This document shows, piece after piece, positions 1-15,430 of a stretch of DNA of 64,000 nt. The DNA is from the human T2T-CHM13v2.0 reference genome, Homo sapiens, in assembly GCF_009914755.1 (NCBI RefSeq), contig NC_060931.1. One strand, 5' to 3'. Position numbers and translations under genes: made by a program. The first letter of the stretch is position 1. Each line of letters begins with the position of its first letter. The notes under the pieces were generated by a model. It was not told where the DNA came from. It made no database searches and saw only the letters and a list, made by a program, of their open reading frames with translations.

Positions 1-2991
1 TTAGCCACTAGTAGCTTTGCGATGCTTGGGATAACTGGTCTATAAAAAAATGTTCAGGACACACAGCTTTCCAAGTTAGGAAACAAACATTTTAACAATA
101 GCCCAATTTCTTACCACAGATATGCGTTGTTGGAAGAGTATGCTTTTTCATAAATAGGCATTAAAAACTCACATTATTGAAGAGTGATATGGTCATATTT
201 CTAAAATTAGTAAATTTTCACATTACATTAATGTGCCAAGATCTCTTCTGGCTATAAATTCAGTTTTTTACTAAAGACTTAGAAAAAGTTAAGTTTAAAG
301 CAAAAGGAAATTTATGATAAAAACTATTAAGGGAAAAATTAACAATATCAATTTGGAAGATTCTATTTTCTTGCTAAATTATATCAGCATTGCCATTCAA
401 TAATTTTAACTCTGCAATCAGATTTGTTTCTTCTGCTCAATTAAAAGGATGTTCCAAATATTGATATTTAGATGGTGCCGAATCATTCTTAGAGAAGATT
501 ATAATAAATTTATATTCCCCAGAACAGCAAATGAGAGCACTTTGTTCCCTCACATTCTTGGCTCTTTCTTTAATGTTTGCCAACCTGGCACTTAGGTTTT
601 CTCTCTTAAAGACAGAGGGTATATAGTTTTACAACATTAAGCCTAGTTTAAAATGACCACCAGTGCACAGAACCGGCTGGAGGATGAAAGCCTAAAGCAG
701 CCATCTTTCAAATGGCTGCTGAATGCTCCAGAAAAGCACTGCCTTTACTGTTGTCTCCCTTGACATCATTCAAAATCTAACCTAAGAAATCTGCATGTGT
801 AGTACAATTTGAAAGCATCCAGCATGCTCTTGTCAACCTGCATCTAGTCTCTGACTCACTTGCACCAGTTCATTCATGGGATTGGAAGGAACATCTGGCA
901 CCACTTCACAGATCAGTCCCAGAGTCTCAGGCCACCTGCTTTTCTTCTCCTCCAATATAACATTCACATATTTCTTTTTAAAATAATTTACATATAATCA
1001 AAATTAAAATTGCATAATGTCACAGACAGATTAAATATCTACATTAAAAATTAACTTTCCCAAAGAAGGTTCTTAAATATCCTTTTAAAATTTCTCTACA
1101 GTTTGAAGCAACATTCCAAAACAGCAAATTTGTATCCTTAAGAAAAACAGGCAACTACCCAGCTATAAAATACCTGGGTTTCCTTTAGTGGGGCGGGGGA
1201 GGGAAGGAATTGTCTTTAGAATATTTTTTCAGTACAAGCAAAGAGAGGGGAAAAAAGCAAAATGATCCATAAAAAACATATTTTACGTTTTTGGACTAAC
1301 TTTAAGGCTGCCAGAAAAAGCATCCAAAACTGAGAAATAAGGCAAAGCAATGAGGGGGCAGATCCTTTCAATGTCGTATGGAGGTGAAGGCCATCCAATG
1401 ATCATTTGGGGAAAAGTTCTTAGTTCACCTTATTATTTATTATTGATTAAAGATTCCAGACAATAAAGCTACATGTTACCTTGTAAAACTGTGTCTGAAA
1501 GAGGTGCAAATAAAGTTTGGTGAATAATATAACCCACAGGTTCAGTTTAAATCTGTATTAGAAATTAACCAATTTTTGATTAAACCCCATTAATCTTACC
1601 TTAGTAATGCCCCCAAACACCTAGTTTCTCATATGCTCTTTGGTCTGGTTTTAACACCTAACTTGTTTGCTTATTAATTATGCGTTGAATAAAATCTCTA
1701 TTGTGTGTCCATTTTATATTTATATGAAAATCACAATTCTACCCCTAAAAAAGTAGAGTTTAACAAAGAAAAAGGCGAGCATGTCACGTATCTGAAAGTT
1801 CTGATATACTAACGCTTTGCTTTCAAATTTTCAACATGTTATGGAAAATCTAGCATTAGCACAAGAACAAAAATAATCTATTTGTATTTAGCTTTAACTA
1901 TAAACACTTCATGAACTATCTATCATCTGTCAAACAGGAGAAAAGCAGGCATCTCCAAAATTGGCTCTTTTATCAGTATTTCCAAACATTTCAGGGACTA
2001 GACTATACTTGAATTTTTTTCTCCAAAAAAGCTCAAAATTCAGTTTTAAAGCTTTGAGGTTTATTGATAATATTTCATTAACTCTATTCAGCCTGCTTGT
2101 GTTGTCCCTCACTGGCAAACAACAAAACTAACTGTATATCAGACAAATGTACATTTTAAATTTGTTGTTTTAAACTAGAATTGAATGAGAAATAGGGTTA
2201 TTTCCTAGTTGTCTAACTGTGAGTCACTCTTACAAGTCATGTGTTCTAATTAGGTCCTCTGTACAGCATAGGTCCCTAGTGGTCTTAACCCATGGTATAC
2301 ACAAAAACAATATTTGCTTCTTTAAAAAGTTTTTCTCATTATTCAAATATAGTCACTTTTTCTTATGCGCTCTTAACCTTCCATTAGATGACATCTGGGG
2401 TTCATATCACAGGATTGTTTCTCTAAGCTGATCTCTGCTGCTTCCCATGCCCCACATTAATTTTAGGTTCTAATCTCAGCATCATGGCATCAAGTGAACT
2501 ACTGGCTGTGAAGCTGGTTCCAAACCTAACTAAATCGTTGAAGTGTTTAAATGTTTTTGCTACAAATTAGAGCAGATTCAGTTATCCTTACCATATTGGT
2601 ATTCTCTCTTCCTTTCAATTCAAATATGCCTTTGAGTGGGAGAAAAGGGAGGGAGTCTACAAATAATTCAAGAATTCTTCACAGCCCCAGATTTCTCACA
2701 AATATGCCAGCATGTAAGACTCAGTCATTTGATAGACATTCCCTGAGTGTCTGCTATGTGTTCTGCTCCAAGCCCCTGGATAGAACCATGAAGATAATGG
2801 ACAAAGTCCTGATAGACTTAGTAAACAAGGAAATAATTTCTTCTGATAGAAAGTCATAAGTGGCATGGAGAAAAAGTCTAGAAGGAGGAACACAGAGTGA
2901 GTGGTGAGAAGGGTTGCAGCTTTAAACGGGGTGGTAGGGGAAGGTCTCAATGAGCAGATGATGCCCTTTGAGCTAAAAGTGGATAAGGAAG

Positions 2992-3902
2992 TATGATGAT
3001 TAATTATTATTTTTTTTTTTGAGACAGAGTTTCGCTCTTGTTGCCCAAGCTGGAGTGCAATGGCACAATCTCGGCTCACCACAACCTCCGCCTCCCAGTT
3101 TCAAGTGATTCTCCTGCCTTAGCCTCCTGAGTAGCTGGGATTACAGGCAGGCGCCACCACGCCCGGCTAATTTTGTATTTTTAGTAGAGACGGGGTTTCT
3201 CCATGTTGGTCAGGCTGGTCTCAAACTCCCGACCTCAGGTAATCCGCCCGCCTCAGCCTCCCAAACTGCTGGGATTATAGGCATGAGCCACCGCATCTAG
3301 CCCAATTAATTTTGTTTGTCAGTCTGGCTAGGCTATGGTGCCCAGTTGTTGGATCAAACATGAATTTAAATGTTGCTATCAAGATATTCTTTAGACGTGA
3401 ATAACATTTACAATCAGTAAATTCAGTAAATCGGATCACCCTCCTACATCTGTAGGTAGGTCTCATTCACTCAGCTGAAGGATTTATGACCAAAGGCGAA
3501 GGTTTCCTAAAGAAGCAGCAATTTTGCCTCAAGACTAAAACACAGAAACCCTGTCTGAGTTTCTCACCTGCCAGTCCGCCCTACAGATTTCAGACTTAAG
3601 ACTGTAACATCAACCCTCACCTGAATTTCCAGCCTGCCTACTTGTCCTATGGATTCTGGACTTGCCAGTGCCCACAGCCGTGGGAGCCAATTCCTTGAAC
3701 GCAATCAATCTCTCTCTCTCTCTCTCCCTGCCCTCCCACACACACACACATATATATACACACATAACATGTATGTATGCATAACATCTACTTTTTAATA
3801 TTATATACATATTTATTATATCTACCTAGATATTGGTCTAGATATATGAAAATACAGATATAATCTCCTATTGGCTCTGTCTCTCTGGAGAACCTGACTA
3901 CA
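2992..3902 (+). mobile_element. MLT2-family (ERVL) solo LTR
   Basis: Begins tatgatgattaatt|...gtcagtctggctaggctatggtgcccagttg and ends ctcctattggctctgtctctctggagaacctgactaca, with the internal (TC)n(CA)n tract typical of MLT2. Confidence 0.75.
3010..3302 (-). mobile_element. AluS (Sp/Sq-like)
   Basis: Poly-T followed by the full dimeric Alu reverse complement; aattaatt on both flanks. Confidence 0.95.
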
Positions 3903-4049
3903 GCAGGGAGAAAGCCATGTAAATGTCAGTGGAAGTTCGCTGCAGGTGAAGAGTCAGGGCCAAGACCCTGTGGCAAGGAAAGGCAAGGAGGCCACCATCG
4001 CCAAAGTGGATTGAGCAAGGGCAAGAGTTTAGTGGAGGATAAAGTCAGA

Positions 4050-4109
4050 GGGGTAAAAAAGACCAGATCACACAGGACTGGGGTAACAAAGACCAGATCA
4101 CACAGGACT
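4050..4109. repeat. 30-bp tandem duplication
   Basis: ggggtaaaaaagaccagatcacacaggact followed directly by ggggtaacaaagaccagatcacacaggact (1 mismatch). Confidence 0.9.
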
Positions 4110-5029
4110 TTGCAGGCCATTTTAGGAACTTTTCTTTTTTTTCTCAGCAACATAGGGAATCATCACAGATTTAGTGCAGAACATCACTGGCTGTTGTGTT
4201 AATGAGGACAGGGGTAGAATCCAGGAGACTGGCTAAAAGGACAGAACAATGATCCAGACAAGAGACAAAGATGAATGGACCACAGTGGAAAGGGAAGGAT
4301 GGTAACAACTGTCACATTCTGGAAATACTGTGAAGGTAAAGATAAAGGATTTCCTGATAAGTTTTGCATGAGGTATGAGAAAAAGGAGTCAAAGATGATT
4401 CCAAGTTTTTTGGCCTGAATATCTGGAAGGATTGTACTATCAAGAACTGGCCTGCCCTGACCACTTGACTGAAAACTGTAACCACCCACCACCTCTCTCC
4501 TACACTCCTCATCCCACTTTTTCTGATCTATTTTCTAAGTAACAATGATCACCTTCCATAATTCAATTACACGGCATGTTTACTCCTTATTGTGGGGCTA
4601 TCGCAAATAAAATGTAAGCTCCACCAGGGCCTGGCAGAAATATTTTTGTCTCATTTTATCCCAATGTATCCCAAGTAGCTAAGACTGCACCTGGCTGTAT
4701 AGTTGGTGTTCAATAAATATTTGGTCAATTAATTTGTGGATAGAAAAAATGAGGCTCGAAAGTGTTAAGTAACGTGCCTACTATTATGTTTAGAAAATAG
4801 CTATCATGAATTTGGTCACAGGTCTTTCTGGCCCTGTACACATTTTGTTCACTACTTCCTAATTACCTCTTGGCTGAAGTACTAAAGTCAACATGTCTCT
4901 TGAAACAGAGATTTTGCCCTGTAGTTTCACTGTTATTATATTGTGTTGTTCTGTGAAGTGTGGGAGGGGGTGTTCCTGAATGCCAACTAATAGCTGTTTA
5001 TTAACCACTCTTCTGGAATGATCAGATTG

Positions 5030-5215
5030 CAGAGGCAGCAGGATGTTAAGAGAGCGAGCCCAGGCTCTGGAAGCAAGGCCAGGATTTGAGGCCTGCCTCA
5101 GCCACTTATTTGTTATGTAATCATGGTGAAATAAATAATCTTGTCTAAGCCTCAATTTCCTCTTCTATAAAATTGACTTCATGATATCATCTGCCCTTAC
5201 AAGGTTTGTAGGATT
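5030..5215 (+). mobile_element. MIR SINE fragment
   Basis: MIR core-like ...tctaagcctcaatttcctcttctataaaattg...aaggtttgtaggatt. Confidence 0.6.
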
Positions 5216-7201
5216 ATTGTCAGAAAATAATTCAGCAAGGTCAGTCAATTGTTATTAGGCTTAAAAATATTTCATTAAGACGGCTTCACTTTGGTGAACT
5301 TGAAGTGGAAAGCAATTAAACCTGCTCAATCTATGTCAATATTTTCATCAAAAGGTATCCTATTTTTAGAGGTATATTTTGCTTTCCAACCCCATCAGCT
5401 TTACTTCTTTCTCCATGTTTTTTCCACTCTATCAACATCTCTGATGAAACCATTAGGGTTCTCTCAAGGAGAAGCCTTTGTGTGTTCATCACTAACCCTT
5501 TCTTCTGACTCAGCCCAGGAGTTTATGAACACACCTTCTTCTCAGTCATGAACCTGAGAATACGTCTGAGTCTCTTCTTCCAGTCCCATAACTCTCTAGA
5601 AAATCACTTAAACTTTATTCTAAAGCATTACATATGACAATGTGCCCAGTCTCAGGTACAATCTATATACAAGTAGGTAATTTTCAAATGCTGAACACAG
5701 ATCCACTGTCCCTCCTGCTGCTGTCAGGCACATCTCTCCAGGTTCTTTATTAGCTTTAGGTCTCAGAAAAGCAATTTCTTTTCCAGCCAGGCTCAATACA
5801 GGATAGGACTTGGCATTAAAATATTTTTCTTTCTAAAGGTTTCAATAGCCTCAAGTTGCTTGCTTTCTACTCTACAAAATCCACATTCAAATCTCTAGAA
5901 TGAAATACCACCTTTCTAGAAACCCAGAGGACAAAAATAAGGCATGCTATCCTTTCAATCACTGCCCTCTGTGCAAATGTAACTCTTTGGCCCCTAATTT
6001 ATAGCACACTGTATCTTCATTCATCTAGAGATTCTTCCTCATGATCTAATTCCTGCTTGGTTCTTACAACTTACTGTCATTCTTGTTACCCAATTATCTA
6101 CATTTTTCTCTATTTTATTATTTATTTCTAATTTCTCAACTTTCCCTCTACTTTTTAATAAACACTTAAACAGTGTTAGCATTTTAAAAACATTATGTAT
6201 TAATATTTACAAATACACATTTTCTTTGCAGAAGTAAAAAAATAATTGTTAAAATTAGTATGGGATATAACTTCTTGAATGCTGGAAGAGTTCATTATCT
6301 TGATCTGGGAGGTGGCTACACAGGATGTATGCGTAAACATTCATTAAACTGTAAAATGAAGATGTGTGCAGTTTATTGTATACATGTTACGAGAGAGAGA
6401 AATAGAGAGGGAGACTATCCATCAAATATTGGAAGTTTTTGCTAAGCAGAAAGGAAAGGGAGAGAATCTTATGTTCAGAGCAATCAACAGCACTATAACT
6501 GCAAGTCCATTGAAAAGAACTAAAATTTTCATATCATTGAAGTAAGTTAATAAATTCACTAAAGAATGATTTAGACAATTGGGTTCCATTCTCTCTAAAA
6601 ACCTTAAGTACTAGAAAAAACTCATGCCTTTTGTCTGAAATTTATCTCTATTCACGATACACAGTGATCACACAAATAAAATAAGTACAATATGATGAAT
6701 TTCTTGTATCAAGCACACTTCATCTGCCAGATTGCATACTAGATACTTAAAATAATATTTTTTCATGCATTTAGTCATTCAATTAAATGTTAGTCAGAAC
6801 CACTATGTGCCAATAACTTTACTGTATACTTAGGAATGTATTATATGATTTTGCGGGGAGGAGTTTTTTCTCCCTGGTTATATTTTGCTTAGTAAAACAT
6901 TAAAACTCTTCTAGATCTGGCAGTTTGAGAAACTCATGCATTGCTTTAAGAAAAGTCTATAAAAGTTATCATTAAAATTAAACAGTTCACATATTAAGGA
7001 TGAGTACGTAAAATGAATAATATGCTTCATTTAGATAACATGCTTTCAGATATTTGGGATTAAGAGGTCTATGTGTAGAGGAGAAAATGTTAAAATTATG
7101 CTGGCTCTTTTTTTTTTAACCTATACAAAACACTTTTTCAGCTCACAGAAATCTAGGTAAAGAAAGGAATGTCATACAGTATGTCCAAGTTAATAATTTA
7201 C

Positions 7202-7282
7202 CTTTGCCATTTTATCTGCCAATTGCAGCCGGCCATCAAGTTCCCTTCTGATCTGGGCTGCTTGTTCATCTGCGTTATCCAG
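7202..7282 (-). CDS. CADPS2: CADPS2 coding exon (probably exon 4), [27 protein letters not shown]
   Basis: 81 nt, phase 0/0. Minus-strand acceptor cttctgttttatttttaAG (7283-7284) and donor AAG|GTaaat (7201-7200). The peptide continues the CAPS sequence directly after ...LLYNACQ of the 41243-41575 exon. Too short for the ORF track. Confidence 0.93.
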
Positions 7283-9400
7283 CTTAAAAATAAAACAGAA
7301 GTTACACATATGTAATTACTTAATCTATATACAGTGACCCACAGACTGAGGCAGTCCCACAGACTAAGGCAAAGATTAAATGACTGAAAAATGTTTAATA
7401 GATTGTATCAGATATCTATTACAAAGAGAATACAGGAGGTTGTTCAATTAGATTGGCAGACCAGATAAATTTCTTGGGTACTTTCTCATTGTGGTTTTAC
7501 TCACAAAACCACCAAATCAAGAAATTAGATTTCTTGATCATTAAGTCAGTCCTAAATAGTTCCAGAAAGATGAAGCTCTTGTTTTGTTCTTTCAAGTTCT
7601 CACCATGTATTTCTGGAGGGTGAGATGCTAATGTTTCACTTCTTTCTTTGTACTTTAAAAAAACTCCCTTTGCTTTAATAATAAGTTTGTATTAGTGCTA
7701 AACTATAAAAGTACTCTTTGATTGACTGATACAACTTTCTACCACTTAAGTCTTCATATACTCCTCATTCTAATACCAGTAGACTAATACTGCCAAGAAA
7801 TCCTTCCATTCTTTTAAGGATTGGCACCATATTAGAAATCCATTCTCCTGTTCTAAATTTGACTGAAAACAAGAAAAGTGTGCTCTCATCATTTTTTTTA
7901 GAAATCTCCCATTTACATGGAAAATTATTTTCACTTCATGAACTAATCCTTAACTTTTTCTATAACTTATTTTAACTTTACTCATGATACCTTTTCACCC
8001 ATTCACTCAATATTAGTCCCTTTATAAAAATGTTAAAGTGAGGATGTTAAGTGTTAATTTTCTCTTGACTTTAGTTTTTTCTCCTTTTGCACTCTCATCA
8101 CGAAGAAGCCTGGACTGCACAATACACTTTAGTAAAGGACCATCTAAAGATTCGATTGAGTATAACATTAAACACCAATGAGAAAACAGTTTACTTGTCA
8201 CTTTCCCAAAGAACTACAAATTGACCAGGTTACATTTTTAAAAACATCCTCAAAGAGAGTCCTCAAAAAGATGAGTAGAAGCAAACCAGATTAACAGGAT
8301 AGTGGTGGTAAGGCAATTTATATGAAGAGTCAAAAAAAAAAAAAGAGGAAGATGTTCCTATAAAAGAACACCAAAAGTCTGGAGGTGAGGAGGTAAAACT
8401 AGACACACACAGTGGTTCTTTTGGAATGGGATACCAGAAGAGGCAGGGTGAGGGACAGGACTGGAGAGAGAAGCAGGGCAACTTCATAAGTTACTCTTCA
8501 CAAGCCACATTAGGGAATTTGGAGTTAGTTCCTACAACAATGGGACTTCCTTGAGAGGTTTAAAGTGTAGGAGTGATATGATCAGATGTAAGCTTTGGAA
8601 AGGAAAGATCACTCTGTCTCTAGTACAAACAATAGGTCAGAAAGACGGAAGTCTTATTTTGTTTTCTTTAAAGATATACACAAAATGTTAAATTGAGGAT
8701 ATTCATGTTAATTTTCTCTTGGGAGAAAAACTATACAAAAGGCCTGAGATTACCTGTCTAAAATATGTTTCCAAGTTGATTTTTAAAAAACCAAATTCAT
8801 TTTAAAATAAGTTAAAAAAACAGGCAAGATTTTCTTAAAGTAAATCCTTGTTATATAGGAGTTTCTATGTCATCTCATAAAACTAACAAACAATTTTAAT
8901 TGATTAATATGATTCAAAATCAAACAGAAACAAGTTTCTCTTCACTGTGTCTAAAATCAAAATGATTAAAATTAAAAACTAACGTAATTATGAAGAAAAA
9001 TAATATGCAGTAAGTACGGGTTCCAGGTTAACTGAAATCTCTCATTCCAAGCTCCTAAAAACTAAACCATAAGAACACTGAAACTGTAACAATACTTCAA
9101 ATGCACTAAATGTAATATGAAATATATTATGATCTTTGCTTAAATGCTGATACATATTTCTTCAAAAGACATAAAAAGTTACTTGCATATAAAGAAATTA
9201 TATTTTTCTCACAGCTTCAACAAAAAATAGCATTTAATATCTTAAAAGGCCACAGTTTTTCAAACTTCACTAGAAACACTAACATATTTTTGTATCTATA
9301 TCTCCAGATTAACAGCTCTTACTTAAGTGTAAGTGAAATTGTTTGAGTTATTTCTAAATTTTGGTAGTTTTGTTTGTAAGAGACAATTTACAACTACATA

Positions 9401-9532
9401 TTTTTTCTTTTTGTGGAGATGGAGTTCTCGCTATGTTGCCCAGGCTTGTCTTGAACTCCTGGGCTCAAGTGATCTTCCCGCCTCTGCCTTCCTAAGTGCT
9501 GGAATTACAGGCATAAGCCACCGCACCTGGTC
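9401..9532 (-). mobile_element. Alu monomer (FLAM)
   Basis: Single Alu arm in reverse: gagatggagttctcgctatgttgcccagg...agccaccgcacctggt. Confidence 0.85.
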
Positions 9533-12500
9533 TGTTTTTTTAAAAAATAATTAATGACTTGATCACATTTGTCTGAAAAAAAAGTAAGCAACAAAACAAA
9601 ACAAAACCAAAAACAATGTAGAGCACTGGGACACTACATTGTCTTTTCTTTTTTTTTTAATTTCAGATTTGGAGGGGGTACAGTGTAGGATGGTTTCATG
9701 GGTATATTACATGTTGTTGAGGTTGAGGTTGGGGATATGGATGGTCCCATCACCCAGGTGGTGAGCATAGTATCCAATAGGTAGTTTTTCAGCCCACATT
9801 TCCCTTGGTCAATCATTCCCCAGTGTACTATTCCCATCTTTATATCTATGTATATTCAATGTTTAGCTTTCATTTATAAGTGAGAATGTGTGATATTTGG
9901 TTTTATGTTAAGGTGCTAATTTGCTTAGGATAATGGCTTCCAGCTGCATCGACATTGCTGCAAAGAATATGATTTCATTCTTTTTTAGGGTTGTGTAATA
10001 ATCCATGGTATATATGTGTGTATGTATATATAAAATATTTTCTTTATCCAACCCACCATTAATGGGCACCTATGTTAATACCAGGTCTTTGCTATTGTCA
10101 TTAGTGTGTCAATGACCATATGGGTGCAAGTGTCCTTTTGATCAAATGAATTATTTTTCTTTGGGTACATACCCAGTAGTAGGATTTCTAGGTGTAACAG
10201 TAGTTCTGTTTTAACTTCTTTGAGAAATCTTTAAACTACTTTCTATAGTGGCTAAAGTAATTTGGATTACCACCCACAGAATACAAACATTTGCTTTTCT
10301 CTGCAGCCTCACCAACATCTGTTGTTTTTTTGACTTTTTGATAATAGCCATTCTGACTGCTGTGAGATGGTATCTATCTCATTGTGGCTTTGATTTGCAT
10401 TTCTCTGATGATTAGTGATGTTGAGCATTTGCTCATGTTTTCTGGCCACTTGTACATCTTTTGAGAAGTGTCTGATCATGTCCTTTGCCCATTTTTGAGT
10501 TGGATTGATTTTGCTTGATTTAAGTTCCTTGTAGATATCTGTATATTAGATCTTTGTCAGATGCATAGTTTGCAAATATTTTCTCCCATTCTGTAGGCTG
10601 TTGGTTGACTCTGTTGGTAATTTCTTTCGCTGTGCAGAATCTCTTTAGATTAATTAGGTCCCACTTGTCAATTTTTGTTTTCACTGTAATTGCTTTTGTG
10701 GACTTAGCCATAAGTTATTTGCCAAAGCTAAGGTCGAGAAGGGTATTTCCTAGTATTTCTTTTAGAATTTTTAAACTTTGAAGTCTTACATTTAAGTCGT
10801 TAATCCACCCTGAGTTAATTTTCGTATATGATGAAAGGTAGGGGTCTAGTTTCATTCTTCTGCATATGGCTAGCCAGTTATTCCAGCACCATTTATTGAA
10901 GAGGGAGTGCTTTCCCCATTGTTTATTTTTGTTGATTTTATCAAAGATCAGATAGTTGTAGGTGTGCAGGTTTACTTCTGAGTTCTCTATGCTGCTCCAT
11001 TTGTCTATGTGTCTGTGTTTGTACTAGTACGATGCTGTTTTGGTTACTTTAGCCTTATAGTATACTTTGAATTTGGGTAGTGTGATGTTTCTGGCTTTGT
11101 TCTTTTTGCTTAGGATAGTTTTGCCTATTTGGGCTTTTAGGTTCCATGTGAATTTTAGAATAGATTTTTCTAATTCTGTGAAAAATCATGTTGCTATTTT
11201 GATAGGGATAGCACTGATTCTGTAAATTGCTTTGGGCAGTATGATCCGTTTAATGATACTGATTTTTCCATTCCATGAATATGGAATATTTTTCCATTTA
11301 TTTATGTCATCTTTGTCATTTTCTAAGCAGTGTTGTGTAGTTCTGCCTGTAGAGATCTTTCACCTCATTGGTTAGATGTATTCCTGGGTTTTTTGTTTGG
11401 TGTGTGTATCTATTGTAAATGGGATTGTGTTCTTGATTTGGCTCTCAGCTAGAATTTTACTGATGTATAGAAGTTCTATTGATTTTTGTACTTTGATTTT
11501 GTGCTGTGAAACTTTACTGAAGTCATTTATCAGTTCGAGAAGCTTTTTGGCAGAGTCTTTAGGGGTTTTCTACATATAGAATATCATTAACAAAGAAAGC
11601 TAATTTGACTTCCTCTTTTCCTACATGGATGCATTTTATTTATTTCTATTGCCTGATTTCTCTGGCTGGGCTTCTAGTACTACGTTGAACAGGAGTGGTG
11701 CGAGTGGACATTCTTGTCATGTTCCAGTTCTCAAGGGGAATAGTTCCAGCTCTTCTCCATCCAGTATGATATTGGCTGTGAGTTTGTCATAGATGGCTCT
11801 TATTTTTATATGTTTCTTCAATACCTAGCCTGTTGAAGGTTTTTATCATAAAGGAAAATTGGACTTTATTGAAGGCTTTTTCTGCATCTATTGAGATTAC
11901 ATGGTTTTTAATTTTGGTTCTGTTTATGTGGTGAATTATCTTTATTTATTTGCTTATGTTGAGCCAACCTTGCATCCCAGGAATACTGCTTGATTGCTGT
12001 GAATTAACTGTTTGCTATGCAGCTGGATTTTGTTTGGTAGTATTGTACTGAGGAGTTTGTGACTATATTCATTAGGGATATTGATTTCTTATTTCATTGT
12101 GTCTCTTCCAGATTTTGGTATCAGGATGATGCTGGCTTTGTAGGATGAGTTAGGGAAGATTTTTAAAAATAGTTTCAGGAGGATTGGTACCGGTTCTTCT
12201 TTGTACATCTGGTAGAATTCAGCTATAAATGCTGAGCTAAGAAGCTGCTATTTCAGGGCTCTTTTTGGTTAGTAATTTTTAAATTACTGATTCAATTTCA
12301 GCATTTGTTACTGGTCTGTTCAGGTTTTCACTTCCTGCCCGGTTCAATCTTGGGAGGTTGTGTGCTCCCAGTAATTTATCCATTTCCTCCAGATTTTCTA
12401 TGTAGCATATACAGAGGTTTTCAAAATAATCTCTGAGGATCTTTTTTTATATTTCTTTGAGATATTCTGTAAATCCATCTTTGTCATTTCTGGTTACACT

Positions 12501-13225
12501 TGTACGTATCCTTCTTTGTTAATCTAGCTAGCAGTCTATCAATCCTGTTTATGTTTTCAAAAAGCAACTCTTAGTTTCATTAATTTTTTGTATGAACTTT
12601 TACATGTCAATTTCATTCAGTTCTTTGCTGATTTTAGTTATTTCTTCTGCTAGCTTTGGGGTTGGATGTTTTCCTAGTTCCTCTAGGTATATTGTTAGAT
12701 CGTTAATTTGAGATCTTCCTAACTCCTTGATGAAGGTGTTTAGCACTGTAAACTTTCCTTTTAACACTGCTTTAGCGGCATCCCAAAGATTTTGGTAAGT
12801 TCTGTCTCTATTTTCCTTAATTTCAAGGAAGTTTTTGATTTCTGTCTTAATTTCATTGCTCACCCAGGATTTATTCAGGAGAAAATTGTTTAATTTCCAT
12901 GTTTATATAGGTCTGAGAGATCTTCTTGGTATTGATTTCTACTTTTATTGCCCTGTCGTCCAAAAGGATGCTTGGTAGTATTTCAATATTTTGAATTTAT
13001 TGAGACTTGTGTTATCACCAAGCATGTGTCAATCTTAGAATATGTTCTGTGTGCAGATGAGAAGAATGTATATTCTGTGATTGTTAGATAGAGTATTCTG
13101 TAGATGTCTATTAGGTCCAATTGGTTAAGTGTTGAGTTTAATTCTGGAATTTGATAGTTTTCTGCCTGGATGATCTAATGCTGTCAGTGGGGTGCTGAAG
13201 TCTCTGACTATTAATGTGTGGCTAA

Positions 13226-13680
13226 TTTTTTTTTTTAATTATTATTATTATACTTTAAGTTTTAGGGTACATGTGCACAATGTGCAGGTTAGTTACTATG
13301 TATACATGTGCCATGCTGGTGTGCTGCACCCATTAACTCGTCATTTAGCATTAGGTATATCTCCTAAAGCTATCCCTCCCCCCTCCCCAGACCCCACAAC
13401 AGTCCCCAGAGTGTGATGTTCCCCTTCCTGTGTCCACGTGTTCTCATTGTTCAATTCCCACCTATGAGTGAGAATATGTGGTGTTTGGTTTTTTGTTCTT
13501 GCGATAGTTTACTGAGAATGATGATTTCCATTTTCATCTATGTCCTTACAAAGGACATGAACTCATCATTTTTTATGGCTGCATAGTATTCCATGGTGTA
13601 TATGTGCCACATTTTCTTAATCCAGTCTATCATTGTTGGGCATTTGGATTGGTTCCAAGTCTTTGCTACTGTGAATAGTG
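13226..13680 (-). mobile_element. 5'-truncated young L1PA (PA2-PA4-like) inserted into the older L1
   Basis: L1PA 3'UTR reverse complement (tatactttaagttttagggtacatgtgcacaatgtg...). TSD gtgtggctaa at 13216-13225 and 13681-13690. Confidence 0.92.
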
Positions 13681-14162
13681 GTGTGGCTAAATTTTTTCAC
13701 AGGTCAAGAAGAACCCATTTTATGAATCTTTGTGCTCCAGTGTTGGATGTGTATATATTTAGGATAGTTAAGTCTTCCTGTTGAATTGAACCACTTTTCA
13801 TTATGTAATGCCCTTCTTTGTCCTTCCTGATTGTTATTGGTTTCAAATCTATTCTATCTGATATGAGAATAGCAGCTCCCACATTTTTTTTGTTTTCCAT
13901 TTGCATGATAGATCTTTCTCTACCTCTTTGAGCCTGTGGTGTCATTACACGTGAGATGCCTCTCTTGAAGACAACAGACAGTTGGTTCTTGTCTTTTTTA
14001 TCTAGCCTGCCACTCTATGCCATTTAAGTGGGGTTTTGAGACCATTTACATTCAGGGATAGTATTGATATGTGAGATTTTGATCCTGTTATTTCGTTAGC
14101 TGGTTGTTTTTGTAGACTTGACTGTGTAAATGTCTTATGTTGTCTGTGGGCTGTGTGCCTAA

Positions 14163-14720
<558 letters not shown>

Positions 14721-15124
14721 TGCCTTTTTAAGATTTTTTTGTTGTTGTTGAACTTGGTGAATCTGATGGCTATGTGCCTTGGGGTTGGTCATCTTGTATA
14801 CTATCTTGCCAGAATTCTCTGTATTTCTTAAATTTGTACGTCCAACTCTCTAGTGAGATTGGTGAAATTTTCATGGACTATATCCTCTAATGTTTTCCAA
14901 GTTGCTTACTCTCTTTCCTCTGTCAGGAATGCCAATGAGTTGTAGATTTGGTGTCTTCATATAAACTCATATTTCTCAAGGGTTTTATTTTTTTAAATTG
15001 TTTATTTATTTTTTTCTTTTTGTCTGACAAAGCTGACTTGAAGAACTTGTCTTTAAGCTCTGAAATTCCTTCCTCAGTTTGGACTATTCTGCTGTAATGC
15101 TTCTGACTGCATTATGAAATTTTG

Positions 15125-15125
<1 letters not shown>

Positions 15126-15166
<41 letters not shown>

Positions 15167-15430
15167 CTCCCTGAGACAGGGTCTCACTCTGTGGCCCAGG
15201 CTAGAGAGCAGTGGCATGATCACAGCTCACTGCAGCCTCGACCTCCCTGACTCAAGTGATCCTCTTACCTCAGCCTCCCAAGTAGTTGGGACTACAAATG
15301 TGCACCACCATACCTGGCTAATTTCTTGTAGAGAACAGGAGGCTGACCTCAAACTCATGGGCTTAAGTGATCCTCTTGCCTTGGCCTCCCAAAGTGCTGG
15401 GATTACAAGCATGAGCCACTGTGCCTGGAC
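15126..15430 (-). mobile_element. AluJ-like, internally deleted, inserted into L1
   Basis: Long poly-T and AluJ-type sequence. TSD attatgaaatt at 15111-15121 and 15432-15442. Confidence 0.9.

Larger units (their letters stand above)
2720..4450 (-). mobile_element. Decayed LINE-2 interrupted by an MLT2 LTR (itself interrupted by an Alu)
   Basis: L2-like 3' end in reverse (cagtcatttgatagacatt...ctatgtg) at ~2722. L2-like purine-rich sequence resumes after the LTR at ~3903. Boundaries approximate. Confidence 0.55.

Noticed and set aside
696-720. 9-bp hairpin agcagccat-ctttcaa-atggctgct
   Set aside because: A short stem of this length is expected by chance in 64 kb, and there is no other ncRNA evidence.
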